DNA from: Chrysemys picta bellii
Taxonomy: Eukaryota
Assembly: GCF_011386835.1 (NCBI RefSeq)
Contig: NC_088798.1
Location: forward strand, 26,164,001-26,228,000
DNA: 64,000 nt
Direction of reading: 5' to 3'
Every line of letters starts with the position of its first letter. Position 1 is the first letter of the stretch. Below are positions 1 to 12,262 of this stretch, one piece after another. A program made the position numbers and the translations under genes. Under the pieces are notes generated by a model. The model saw only the letters and a list, made by a program, of their open reading frames with translations, made no database searches and had not been told where the DNA came from.

Positions 1-1206
1 TATAAACTCCTTCCTGAAAATCCATTTCCACAGATATAAAAAATACAATAAATTATGTCTCCTTGTTAACATAAAACCCAACACCACACATGCAGATAAT
101 AAAAATCAAAATACATTATATAATTTATTTAGCCTCACTTGCTAAAGCATGATTTACTCTGCCATGTCCTCCCATTTAGTGAAATTACTCCAAAAATAAA
201 GTGAATTACGAAAATGCATAAACCAAGACAGTAATATATAATGTGGTTTGTGACAAAATTTACTGTAACCTTAACAGTAATTATATAAAATATATTGATT
301 TAAATTTCATAATCAAATTGCACAGGTAACGATCCATATCTTTGGTAACTGAGTTGTGCGTGCAAATGTAATTATAGTAATGGTATAAAAAATTTGATGA
401 TGCCAACTAGATTAGATTGAACTTTGGGTTTACTTTAAAGGATATGCAGAGATTCATAAAAATTAGTTTATGTGGAACTGTATCAGAACATAGGACTGAT
501 ATTTTCCTGTATAGGGAAGCTTAATCTCTCAAAGATGTGACTTGCAGAATTCTAACAAGGAAAGGTTTTCATTCTTTTATGCTCACAACAATGTATAGGT
601 CATGGCTGCAGTGTGCTTTTAAAAGGAGGAACAAAATCTTGGTGTTTTGCATGGAAACAGAATATATCAAGCTGTTTCTGGCTGGACTCTTGTGGCAACT
701 AGCATTTCGCACAGATGCTAAGAGATTTTATTGTTGGAAATTATCCTGTGTGTGAAGATTTAAAGTGACAATAAATAGGAATAAATTTCATGATGTAACA
801 AAAGGAATTCATTTCTGAATCTGCACTGATGCTGGAAACCTTAATCTACTGGGCAACCCCGGATATAAGATATGGCACCATCAAATGGCCAGTGAGCTGG
901 GGAGCTGCATGGGCACAGGTCAGACAGAATTCTCCCCCCGCCCCCATGACTGCTTGAGTAAGTGTATGTAAAGAATGACAATTTAATTGTGACCATGGTC
1001 CATGGAGTTGCTAAAAAACACACATCTTTGCTTTAAGTGAAAGACAACAGCACTAAACAATTTTGTAAAGCTTCATGGAAACATTTTATTTTTACTTATA
1101 AATTACCAAGATTTTTTCCCATATTTTGTTTCCAGCCTCCCTTATGTTCCACCAACCAGCATTTCCATATGGTTCCCACACCTCCCAGCATACAGCTACA
1201 TTTATA

Positions 1207-1290
1207 TATCAGCTTGGGTCCTGATCCAAAGTGCATTGGACTCAATGGAAAGACTCCCATTGACTTCAATGAGCTTTGGATGAGGATCTT
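1207..1290. repeat. Short palindromic MITE-like repeat (CCTGATCCAAAG...CCCATTGACTTCAATG family)
   Basis: Hairpin GGTCCTGATCCAAAG...CTTTGGATGAGGATC. Related short elements occur at ~1450-1500, ~4560-4670, ~6014-6150, ~41975-42090, ~49961-50050 and ~54360-54455. Confidence 0.55.
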
Positions 1291-1542
1291 AGGGAATCAA
1301 AAGCTATTTTAACCACTTTCCCATTCATGACTGCAATTCTTCCCCCAGATACATTCATAACTCCCATTGAATTCAGCAATGTCAATGACAGCTGCATGCA
1401 TACTCTTTTACCGGCATTTTTTTTCTCCAAACCTTCACCCGCCTCTCACTGAGCCAATGAGAGTCTTTCCTTTGACTTCATGGGGAATTGGACTGGGGCC
1501 TAAGACAAACACTTTATAGAACAAAACAACCCTCCAACTTTG

Positions 1543-1965
1543 TGTTGCAACCCTATGCTCAGACATGGCGTCTGGATGGCCAATTGTCGGTCAAAAGGTC
1601 ACATTGGTGTCGTGTGCAACACATTGGTGTCGTGTGCGCCATCGTGGTGCCATGTGCCTATTCTCGAACCTTCTGTCTGGTCAATTGTAGGTCACATTGG
1701 TACCATGTGCTACAATACTGGCGTGTCATGTGCATAAACTTAGTTTGCTGGGTGCAGTACCTGTTGACGTAGAGGGCACCAGCTCGGAACCCGGTTGGTG
1801 TAGGAGCTGGGGACCAATCAAATGCTGGCATGAGTAAGGGTCTTCGAATAAAACTATGTCCCTCACCAAAATCAGTAGGAGTGTTAGCTGAAAGGCCTGA
1901 TCACCCTTTCAGCCAGGGTCTCCTCCGGATTTAGCCGGTTCGTGTCGTGTCATTTCGGATTACAT
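1543..1965. mobile_element. Putative LTR (family and orientation unresolved)
   Basis: TG...CA ends (TGTTGCAA...GATTACA). It contains ~20-21-nt internal repeats (ACATTGGTGTCGTGTGC, 1600-1735), CCAAT at ~1816 and AATAAA at ~1849 on +. No matching TSD. Confidence 0.45.
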
Positions 1966-3364
1966 CTCGTCATGCCCCTGATGTCTGTACTGCTGGTCAG
2001 CTGTGCCTGGAGTGTGGTATGTGCATTTTAATTTTTGTAAATATTCAGTTTGCTTGGCCTCTTCCTTTTTTCTCCTCCCTTACTTGGTATCAAAACTCAA
2101 GTATAGTATATAGGGGACGAATTGTTGTATTAATTGCTGTTGTGGTCAGTTGGTGTATTTTATGGGATTTAATTAACGCATATACAGTTTACTCAGTTTT
2201 GTATGTCTGTTCTGGTTTTTAGTGAACAGTTGATTATAGATCATTCGGTTCTTCGTTGGTGGATGTAAATAGATTGTTTCAAGTCACATATATATTGCTG
2301 TTCTGGTGATACTTTTGATTGATCACTTGTTCCTATTTTAATTAGAATTGTGTGAATATTTTGCTCTGATAGTATTGCTAGTTGGTAAAAGTACTCCTCC
2401 CCAGCCCAAGTTGTAATTCATTCCCCATTAATAAACAACCACATATTTTAAATTGCAATCTGTTTTTGCTTCAATTTTCCTCCTTCACTCAAATACTCAT
2501 TCGAACCAGTATTGGTCTTGGACACTTGGAAAAAAATATTCTGGTAAAATTGTTCGTATTAAAATTTTTATATGTATGTATATGAACAAAGGTGTAGATG
2601 TGTTCTGTTAATAGATCTTATTTTCACACCAAATTAATCAATATTTTGTTTGATATCACACCTACCTACAATATCATCACACTGACCGGGCAAGTATTTT
2701 AGTTGTGCCATTGACAGTACAGGCAAATCTGGATTATCTAAATTTTTCCGGATGCTTCTGAAACATTCAGAGAAATGGAATTTAGGATTAACAAAGTTTG
2801 TTTCTGAATGGATTTTAGATTCAGAGGACTTAATCAAAATATGAATTGTTGGAGATTCCCTGTACCAGCTATATACAAAAACACTATTTTCTCCCACAGT
2901 TGGATATGCATTATACTCATGTACATCCTGATTAGATGATTTATTGAAACTAAGGAGATAAATATGATCTTAGATGTTTTTAGTTTTGGAAGATCCCACC
3001 ACTATTTATAATCAGTGGACATACACCAAGACTAAAAATCAAGAAAAAATGGATACATTTTAGATTGGGATTTTATTTTTTGTTCCAGTTTCCTCTACAG
3101 AGATGATCTATTGTGTATGGCAGTGTGAAAGCTTCATATTGTTTCCATATTATCCTGTCTGATTTATGGCTGAAAAACCAATAAGCAGTGGGATCCTCAA
3201 AAGAAAAGTATTCTGTAAGTCCAAAATGTTACTGTTATTAAAATTTTTAGAATTAAAAAATCCTTTCTCTACAGAGGAAAAATAAAATCGAGTGGCAAAG
3301 CAACCAAGAAATCTCACACACTTTATTAGATTGTTGAAAACTATAACTCTAACAATAATGACAG

Positions 3365-3582
3365 GTTTCAGAGTAGCAGCCGTGTTAGTCTGTATCCGCA
3401 AAAAGAACAGGAGTACTTGTGGCACCTTAGAGACTAACAAATTTATTAAAGCTTTCGTGGGCTACAGCCCACTTCTTCGGATGCATCTGTAATGCAGTAC
3501 CTGCATCCGAAGAAGTGGGCTGTAGCCCACGAAAGCTTTAAAAAATTTGTTAGTCTCTAAGGTGCCACAAGTACTCCTGTTC
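3365..3582. mobile_element. Penelope-like element pseudo-LTR derivative forming an 81-bp inverted repeat, with hammerhead-like cores
   Basis: Arms 3405-3485 and 3502-3582 are reverse complements with 1 mismatch around a 16-nt loop. The leading GTTTCAGAGTAGCAGCCGTGTTAGTCTG...CACCTTAGAGACTAAC sequence resembles the turtle Penelope-like family. Each arm carries CCGAAGA-A-GTGGGC-TGTA-GCCCAC-GAAAGCTT. Confidence 0.8.
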
Positions 3583-6500
3583 ATTCTTCTAATAATAATG
3601 TATATATAAAAAAAACCTAGATTTTTTTTTCAAGATTTCATTAATTTTGCATAGCAGATCAGTAACATTACTTTCTGTAATATAATATAAAAGCTGCTCA
3701 TATAAATTAAAGTCAGTGACACACAGTTTAGCAATGTAATGCGGCGTGTCTACTTAATTACAAATAAGGACACGCTTTATTTATTCAGGTTAAAATCTAT
3801 TTGTAGCAGGAGGGCAGACTCTAGAACCTTGCATAGAGAGATACAGAGCTCTTCTATTGTGTAATTGAGGAGCTTATGTTATCAGGAGCTTGAACCCTAC
3901 ATGAAAGTGTAGTGTAATTACTGCTGAGTCATATTCTAATAGGTGGAATAAATTAGTTCCAACAAGGATATAAAAGATTTCCTCTGGCCCTGAGGGAGAA
4001 GCAAGTAGGTTCTAAGACAGAGAGGTCCTGCAGAGAAGACAAGCCAATTTTGGAGAAAAGTTTAGGTTGATTTTTATGAGAATGTTATTATCATTAAAGT
4101 AATTTGTAAACCCAAACTCCATGAAAGGGGTAAATCTGAAGTGTACATAACATGTATTTACTTTATTCAGAGCAGGGCTGGAACTTCCCATGCTTACATT
4201 ACCAAATATTAATTATTCTGGAATCATTACAGAGTTGTGAAAGCACAATTATGTCACTTGTCACATGCTATAAAATATAGCAAAGAAATATGCTTCAACC
4301 CATTCTAGAATGTTCCACTGCAGTCTATTTTCAAAGTTCCATAGTGAAACTAAAATTGCTTGATTGGGGATTTTTCTGGGTTCAAAAAAGGATAGGAAGG
4401 AAAACTATCATATTTCTCTAATACGGTTTAAATATTTGCCATAAAGGAAGTTTAGCTAGTGAAAATAGCTTTAGATTTAGATAGGAAAGGGAGCCAAGAT
4501 TTGTTTTTTTAAATGGGAGTTGAGTTTATAGTTAGGCTTCTAAATCCATATTTAGGCACTGACCAGATTTTCAAACATGTTGAACACCCAACAGCTCTCA
4601 CTGAAGTCAATGGGTTTACTCATGGAGTAAGGTACTAACAACCATTAGTAAAAATAGAAGAATCTGGCTCTTATTTATTTGGTTGTATGCCTGATGCCAA
4701 AAATAGTTTTTGTATTTCAGAAATGTTTCTTCCTAAAAGCTATGGTAAAAAATAAACAGGTACCTTTTGTATGTCAAAGAATCAATCACAGCATTCTTTC
4801 AAAATTAGTTTCACCCCCAAAATAATTAAACTTGGCATCTGAAATCCCAACAGGTAATATCAGATTTACCAGTCCACCAGCACTGTTCATTCTCATCCCA
4901 TTCTCTCCTCTTCAGATTAGTTGTAGTGTTACTGAATTCTCTTGATAAACTGTCAGCAAAACTAGGGAAGTTGACTGATTTTTAATTACTTATTTTGTTG
5001 TAAACTTCATGTTGGGTGTGTTGCATTTTGTCTGCCTCTGATATAATCCATCAGCTGTCAGAAGCAGATGAAATACTTTTTATTGTGTTTGAATTCATTC
5101 AATCCTATTTACTGATCTACCTATGATTCTTACTAATGTAGCTTGATCAGAATTTCTTTTGTGAGCTAAAGAATGGGGTAATTTTTTGTACAAATAGAGA
5201 CATTTTGTGAGGCAGATGCACATACAGTTAGTACATCACTAATTGAGACTCATAGGTATCAGAAAAGAGGAAGAAAGAATGGAAGAAAAACATCCCTCAT
5301 TTATTTACAGGCACAAGTTATTGAAATGTGCATTTCAATGAGAAATATTGATCTACCTTTCTTTAATGAAATACAGCTAATGTGCAACATGATTGTGCAA
5401 TTCAAAGTAAGGTTTTCTATAGCTAATCCTAGAAACATACACTTTCTTTTAGGAGTAAAATTATCGCCTTTAATTTCTTCAGCCAAAAGCTTCCTGAATG
5501 AATTTCAAGATCAGCCTTTCTAAAGAGGCAGTTAATGATCTAGCTGCTCATGGTGTAGTTGTATCTCCTTTTATCTGGAGTGTAATTAGAATATTTTAAC
5601 AATTTCATATGCTGAAACCAAACAAAAACAGACCAACTTATCTCAGTTCTTGCTGATCATTCAGTTTCATAAGCCATTTTACAATAAGCTGAAATAGAAG
5701 CTATGAATACTACCCTTTCATTTCTGAAAGTTATCTTTAACTTCCGTAGTGTATAGCTTTTATTACTCATTCAGAGAAATAATATGCTGTGTGCACACCT
5801 TATAAGCCTAAAGCTGTTGAAGATTTCACACTTAAGTTATTCTTCAGAATACTAAAAGCAGCTACAGGACCAGGTTTCTAATATTCACAGGTGTCTCTGC
5901 TGGGGCTGCTTTTTGAAAGACTCATAGGAATAGCTTCACCACTATTTTAGGGCTCCTCTGCACATGTATATACTCAGTGGTGCTTATATTTGTTTCTATC
6001 CTTCTATCTCTGTGGGCCCAATTCAGCAAGGTATTTAAGCACATACCTCACTTTAAGCCTCACTTTAAGCCACTTTAAGTAAAACTAGTGGGACTTCTCA
6101 CATCCTTAAAATGAAGCACGTGCTTAAGCAACTTGCAGAACTGGGGCCTAAGTGTAGATTTGGGCCTGGGAGGAATTACTAGATCAAAAGATTGACAGTG
6201 TTCAGCCCGTACATTTTTAACTGTGATGTCCCTAATTTTGTTTTCTAGGGACTGAATGGAATCTCCACACACTACTAGAGACATCTGAACATTTATCCAA
6301 AGTTCATTCATGTTTGCTGTTACTTCTTGTCTAGGGAGAGCCATCAGTATAATGACTTAGCTAAAACATATTTTCTTGCTCTATGTACAGTATGATTGCA
6401 CATGATTTTCAGAGCCTAAGGGAAGTTAGGGGCAATTGTGGGTCATTAAAATGGCATAGCCACACCAAAATTACCTAATGCATTTTCCAAAAGTGTCATT

Positions 6501-7157
6501 GAGAGATGAGAAAAGCTGGCTGTGAATATCAGAGCCATTACTTGTACAGAGCCACACACACATACTTATAGTACTGTGAAAACAAGCACGGTAATGGACT
6601 TGGAAAACAATTCATAAATCACTGACTAAACATCTACATAACTTCAGACCCAAGTTATTACATTTAAAGTCACCATGCCCTGACCAACGACTGGCCTTTA
6701 TGAGCATTTGGGCTTCATTCTTATTTACACTAAGGCCCGTTTACACTGCTGTGGCCTTCATTTAAATAGGAAATCAGGTCCCCTGTGCATTTTGCTAAAT
6801 CTATTTACATTTAGTCAAATACTGACCTTTCCAAAACAGATCATGCAGAGCTTGTGACACTAAGGTAAAATCTTCAACCCAGCTTTAATTTTTTTGCACC
6901 ATCAAAGGAGAGAGCAGAAATAAGCATAGGTATATGTTTGGCCAGCAATTTTTTTTTTTGCAATTCCATCTGTATTTTTTAAATTTTGGCCCTAAATGAA
7001 TATGTTTGTAAATCTCCAAACTTTAGCATGTCTGGATATGAAGGTAGAACCGCACTTTAAGGTCAAATCCTGGCTCTTCTGAATCCAGCTCTAAAGAAGC
7101 ATGATACCCACTTACCGTCAACTCTGTGCAGTCACATGATCCAGAGGACAGTTAAGT

Positions 7158-7975
7158 GTGGTTCATCATCTTCTTTCATATACAAATTTCAGTGTCCAAG
7201 TTTCATAGCCAGAGGATGGCCTCTGTAGCGAAAGTGGCTAGATGTGTGGACAACCCTTCAGCTGTCGGGTTAGGCACTCCTCCACTATGCGAGTTATTGT
7301 CTGCAGTGCTGCCCCACAATCACAATGTGGGGAGGAAGCCAGATCGTGCCAGTGAATGGTTGTAGCAACTCTGATCAAGCCAGAAAGAAATCTACTGAGC
7401 CAGGTCCAGGACCTGTGAGCAAGTGGACAAAGAGGCAGGTGCAGCAATGGATCACTGAGTTTACTTAGTGTGTTATGTTCTTTCCCAATGATACTTCCAC
7501 TCTGTAAGGACATCATTTTCAGTTCACTGGGGGCACTGAGTGTCCATGCATCGTAAAGGGCTCTTGTCCAAGACTGAGTGAATTGCTGTAGCATAGGGAT
7601 GTTGAGGTATCAGCTGTGTTATCACACCCCACTCTGGAGGAGTGGGAGTTCTCCCTTGAATATGAGCAGACCTTTGAGTTGGCACTGGGTGTTGTTTACT
7701 GACTGAGACTGGGCATCAATCAGAGATGTAATAGGTGGGTTTCATCTGTCACAGTTCTCCACACAGACTTATTAGTAGTAACATTGCTCTGAAGATCTGG
7801 CAGAGCTATGTGGACTAGTACAGACAGGAGGTTTGTGTATAGTTCAAGCAGCCACTAATACAAGTGGCCAAATTCAACTCCGTGTCAACAAGCCGAGTGT
7901 GGCAACTGCACCTCCAGACTGCAGAGCAGTATTCAGCTGGAGCAAACACCAGGGCCAATAAATATATGTAAAGGA
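7158..7975 (-). mobile_element. Decayed RTE-X-like non-LTR retrotransposon, ORF2 C-terminus and 3' end
   Basis: The minus strand reads LALVFAPAEYCSAVWRCSCHTRLVDTELNLATCISGCL..., then WTWLSRFLSG...SPHCDCGAALQTITRIVEEC (degenerate C-terminal zinc-knuckle), followed by a GAAGATGATGAA-like tail at ~7158-7175. Confidence 0.75.
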
Positions 7976-8329
7976 CCGAAGGAAATGGTCCCCAAGAGGT
8001 TCCTCATAGTTTTCATATCAAGGTGGTACATGAAGAGATTTTCATTTTGAGTTTTTTAGGGTGCATAAGGGGGAAAAATTACCTTTGAAGGGCAGATGCT
8101 GTTGGAGAGAGTGTCTGTCTCTCTCCTTTCATTCTCCCCAAAGGCATGGCTAGGGAGAAGATTATCTTCTTCCTGTTGGGTACATTCTTTTCAGGCTTAC
8201 AGCTCCATCTTGGAGAAGAGATGTACCCAGCAAAATACTATATTACTGTTCTGCAGAAAGATCTTCCTCGTATCAACAATGACATCTTAGATGCAACAGC
8301 CTCACAAAGGATCCTGTGGCACTTGTTAG

Positions 8330-8812
8330 TGTAAGGGACCATAGCGTAGGCGGTCTGGCCTAGCAGTCACAGCTGGGCAGAGCCCACTCCTCAGGGATAG
8401 TAGTTGGCAAGCAGGGGTTAGAGGACTCGTTAGAGCCAGGGTCAAGGTCAAGATGGGGTTATAGACCGGAGATTAGAGCTAGTACCAAGCTGGAATCAGG
8501 AGACGAGAGTCAGGATCTGAGTCAGGTTGGGATCAGAGGTCAGAAATCTGGAGTCACAGCAGGGTATGGCCCAAAGTCTGTGTTGTTGCCCAGATAGTTT
8601 CCTGGGGCACCCTCCAGGGTTAAATAGGGTGGTTAGCCAATCAGGGCCACAGTATACAGTCATTCTGGCTCCCTTCAATGGTACTGTTGGAGAGAGTCTA
8701 TTCTCCACAGTACTCCCTGACTAGATGTGTATGTGATCTCCTGTTAGCATTTGTGGGAACATCAGCTGTCTTGGGCTCTGCAGACCCAGGTTCTAGTGCC
8801 TGTATCCTTACA
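8330..8812 (-). mobile_element. Solo LTR (Gypsy-like), 483 bp
   Basis: TGTAAGG...CCTTACA termini with a perfect 5-bp TSD GTTAG. On -, an ATTGG box precedes TATTTAA. Confidence 0.85.
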
Positions 8813-11800
8813 GTTAGCATTATTCCATCAACGAAGGCCTTTAACCTGAAATAATAATTCAATGGAATTATGTCTTCATGTCACACTTGACGTATGCCTT
8901 TTGTGGACAGTAAATATTGCATCTTTAAGACAATTGTCTGATATTTGGGAGAAGTTATTGTATGCACAACCGTGAATCTTCCCAACTGAGGGCTAAATCC
9001 TTCACAGCACTGTATGGCCTCACCTCCCATTGACATGGGAAGTTATGAGCATTAATACCTCAGCAACTTTCAAGAACTACTGTATTTTTAGCACTATCAG
9101 TGATGACTGTATTTAATTCTGGCTATTAATAGACAAAGTTTTTGGTAAAACAATAAAACTTTATTGTCTGTAGAGTGACATGTCTCTTGAGGGTGTCTTT
9201 AAACTGAACACCTGCCATCTTTTTAAACCCAAGAGACTGATGTTTAGAATGAAATATGTATGGTGTACTGCATAATAATGTTATCATTAAGACCTCAGTC
9301 CTGGATCTTACAGTATGTCAGTCACAGGTCTTGCTCATACATGATTTCAATGGACTCCACACAGCTGGGGGCCTTGCCATACAGAACAAGTTACAGGATC
9401 AGGACTTAAGTCAGAATATCAATAGGCTTTAGTCTATTCTGTGTTTTTTCTTAAATAACTATTAGAGAATACTGCTTTCCAGCCCACTGCCTCTCATTGT
9501 TACTAATGTTTATTTTTATTACATCTAGAAGCCTGAGCCCCACTGTACAGAATGTCCCTCCTGCAAAGAACATGCAAAGTAAGTAATTATAAGATGAGAC
9601 ACAAAAAGTGAATACAATACAACAAACAGCTGGGGAGAGCACTAGGTAGCTGTGTGATAATGTCACTGAGCACCAGCTGTCTAAACATTGTTTCTACAGC
9701 ATCACTAAAGAATTATTCAGCTAAAGAGAACTTCTCTTTAAATATAGACAAGGAGGTTTTTATTCCTTCCAAAACATTCCTCACACGATGCATAGGGTCA
9801 GGGCTCATCTCTTTCCTGGGTTTTGCTTTTATTTTCAAAGCAACTAAGAATACCAAATACATAAATAGCAGCCCAAACCTTCTCTTCAAGCTTGGCTGAA
9901 GAGGACTATTTGAGGACTGTTCAGCTCAGACACCAGGTTCTTCCTGTCCAAAAAGCCAATCCCATCCTACGTCTTTTTCCCAAAGTGGAGTTAATGAACT
10001 CTATCTTCTGCAATGAATCAGCAGGAATCCACCAGCAGTTTCCTGCAGTATTCCAACATGTGCTAACAGGGTGGGACAGCAGAAGAACTCAGCCATCCTT
10101 TTAGAGTGTGAAATTTCTGAGACTGTATTCCTGTCTTGCAACCACACTGTTAACATAAGAGATTCAACCAAGTGGATCCAGAGCTGAATGTGATTCCAAA
10201 TTTCCACAGAGCTGAAAGGATTTTTGGATTTGGTGTTCTGGATTGGAATTTTGAGGTGACATCCTGGAATATGCCCTCCTGGTTGGAAGTGGTTTTGCAG
10301 CAGATGTGCCTCAATTTACCCAGTGTTTTCTATGGCTCACTCTGGCCATAGACATGACCTGGTCCTCCAGACAAGCCACATAACAGAGTCCAACCCCTTT
10401 CAGAGCCTCAGAGTCTTTCACTTAGTCAAACAGAAAATAGCAAAACAGCCAAATCTTCAGCCCAGCCAGACTTAGTCTTTAAGCCTCCTTCTTTGCAGGC
10501 TGGACCCCACCGTAATAAACTGTCCCCAAAACAACCCAGTTCCTGGCCTTCAACCTCACTACCCAGGTGCCAGCAGACTCTTCCCTTACCCAGGGTTATC
10601 AGGCAGGTTGTAGATCCTAATCAGCTCATGTCTCCTTATCCGTCACCAGACATCTTGTCTATCCTACTTCCCAGCCAGCACCCAACAGTTTCCTTCTTTT
10701 TTAAGTCTAATACTGCACAGGTGTAGTGGGGAAGGGTTACTTGAACAGGGTTGACTAGCCCAAAGCCTCTAGCCCTAAAAGGCCAAGTCATCCTATTACA
10801 GTGCTCCACTGCAGGTCAATTTCTAATTAACATAGGGCCTATGTTTTCTGATACTGATAGCATTAATATAGATTGGCACTTAAATATGCAAATAAGATCT
10901 ATAGCATGAGCAAGAGTGGCAGAATTAGACTGATATATTGAAAAGCAATTCTTAGTTCACCATTACTCTAAAAACTGGATACAATAAATCATGAAATACT
11001 AAAAAATAAATAGATTTTAGAACCTACACTTCTGAAACGGACATTCTGAAATGTTTATAGCTTGTACTAGGCATAAAAAACAAAACTACACCAACCCAAC
11101 AGGATTACAGATTGATTCCCAATAAATGGAAAGGATTAGTTTTTTGTTTTGGTATAGAAGCTTGCTGAGAAACATAAGTGGTGCATTTTAATATGATAAT
11201 GATTGTCTTAAAATACCCAATAGGTTTTAAATTGAAAAAAAGAGAGATTTTCTATGGAACAAAATACAAATTAACAAAAATGGATTCATTCTAATGCCAA
11301 CTTTCACATAGCTAGATAAGTAACGCACAAGTTTGTAATGGAAATTGGAATTACTGCTGTAGCAACAATATTGTTTCTGCAAAAATGCAACAATAATTTA
11401 CCATAGACCTTGAGTCATTGCTAAATATTTTCAGACTTCTCTAGAATGAAGGGCTGAGACAGCTGTAAAAATTGAGTCCACACCAGGCCAGCTGATTCAG
11501 CAAGAAATCATCTGCTCTGAGGAAGTCCTTTAAAAACATTCAATTTTGAAGCATCAATCCATGAAAAAATGTGGAGCTACAGTAACTGAGGAGTGGAGAA
11601 TGCATGACCATGTATTAGATACTGGCAAATAGCCACTGGCCCACATTACGGGTGGTGTGGATATAGCGTAGACTGTTCCCCCTGGTGTTGCTGGCTCATT
11701 TTGCAGGCTAGTGCTGACGAGGGTGAAGCTAGGCTCTGGAAGCCCTGCTTTCTTTAGAATGATGCACAGACTCAACTGATTCAACAAAGGAGAAGTTCTG

Positions 11801-12262
11801 GTACTTTCTTCAGCACAAAGGGTGCACTTCTGAATGGCCCTTCACAGGGGTACACCATACAGAAGATGCTGCCTGTATATTCCTTCAGCTTGTTCTGCAA
11901 TGCACTGGAAGGGCCTGTTACAGTCTGCCCTTATATTGTGCTTACATTTTTTGCAATATTTTCTAATGTTGTCAACTCTTGTGCTTTTGTTGAATCACAG
12001 TTATATAGATAGATATAGATATCCCTGCTCTTGTAGTCCTATAATTATGTGAGAATCTCGGCTTCGTTAAAAAAAAAAAAAAAAACTTTTCTAGCCATCC
12101 TGGTTGTAGGAGAGAGATTGAAAACATGAATCCTAAAGGCTCAGAAAACAGAAGGCAAATAATTATATGTATATATTTAAATCTCATGATTTTTAATCCA
12201 ATCTTGGAATTTTGGAGGGGGCGCAGTTCATCACCCATGATATTTGAATAGTTGGGGGCTAG

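Noticed and set aside
1600-1735. CRISPR-like repeat array
   Set aside because: This is eukaryotic DNA; the repeats are adjacent and degenerate with no unique spacers and no cas genes.
4705-5410. Plus-strand micro-exon candidates (~4711-4734, ~5378-5407; also ~20518-20540)
   Set aside because: Short AG...GT pairs occur by chance in AT-rich DNA and these do not join into a recognisable protein.
10257-10800. Possible additional solo LTR
   Set aside because: The composition is LTR-like and it ends in TTACA, but I found no matching left terminus or TSD.
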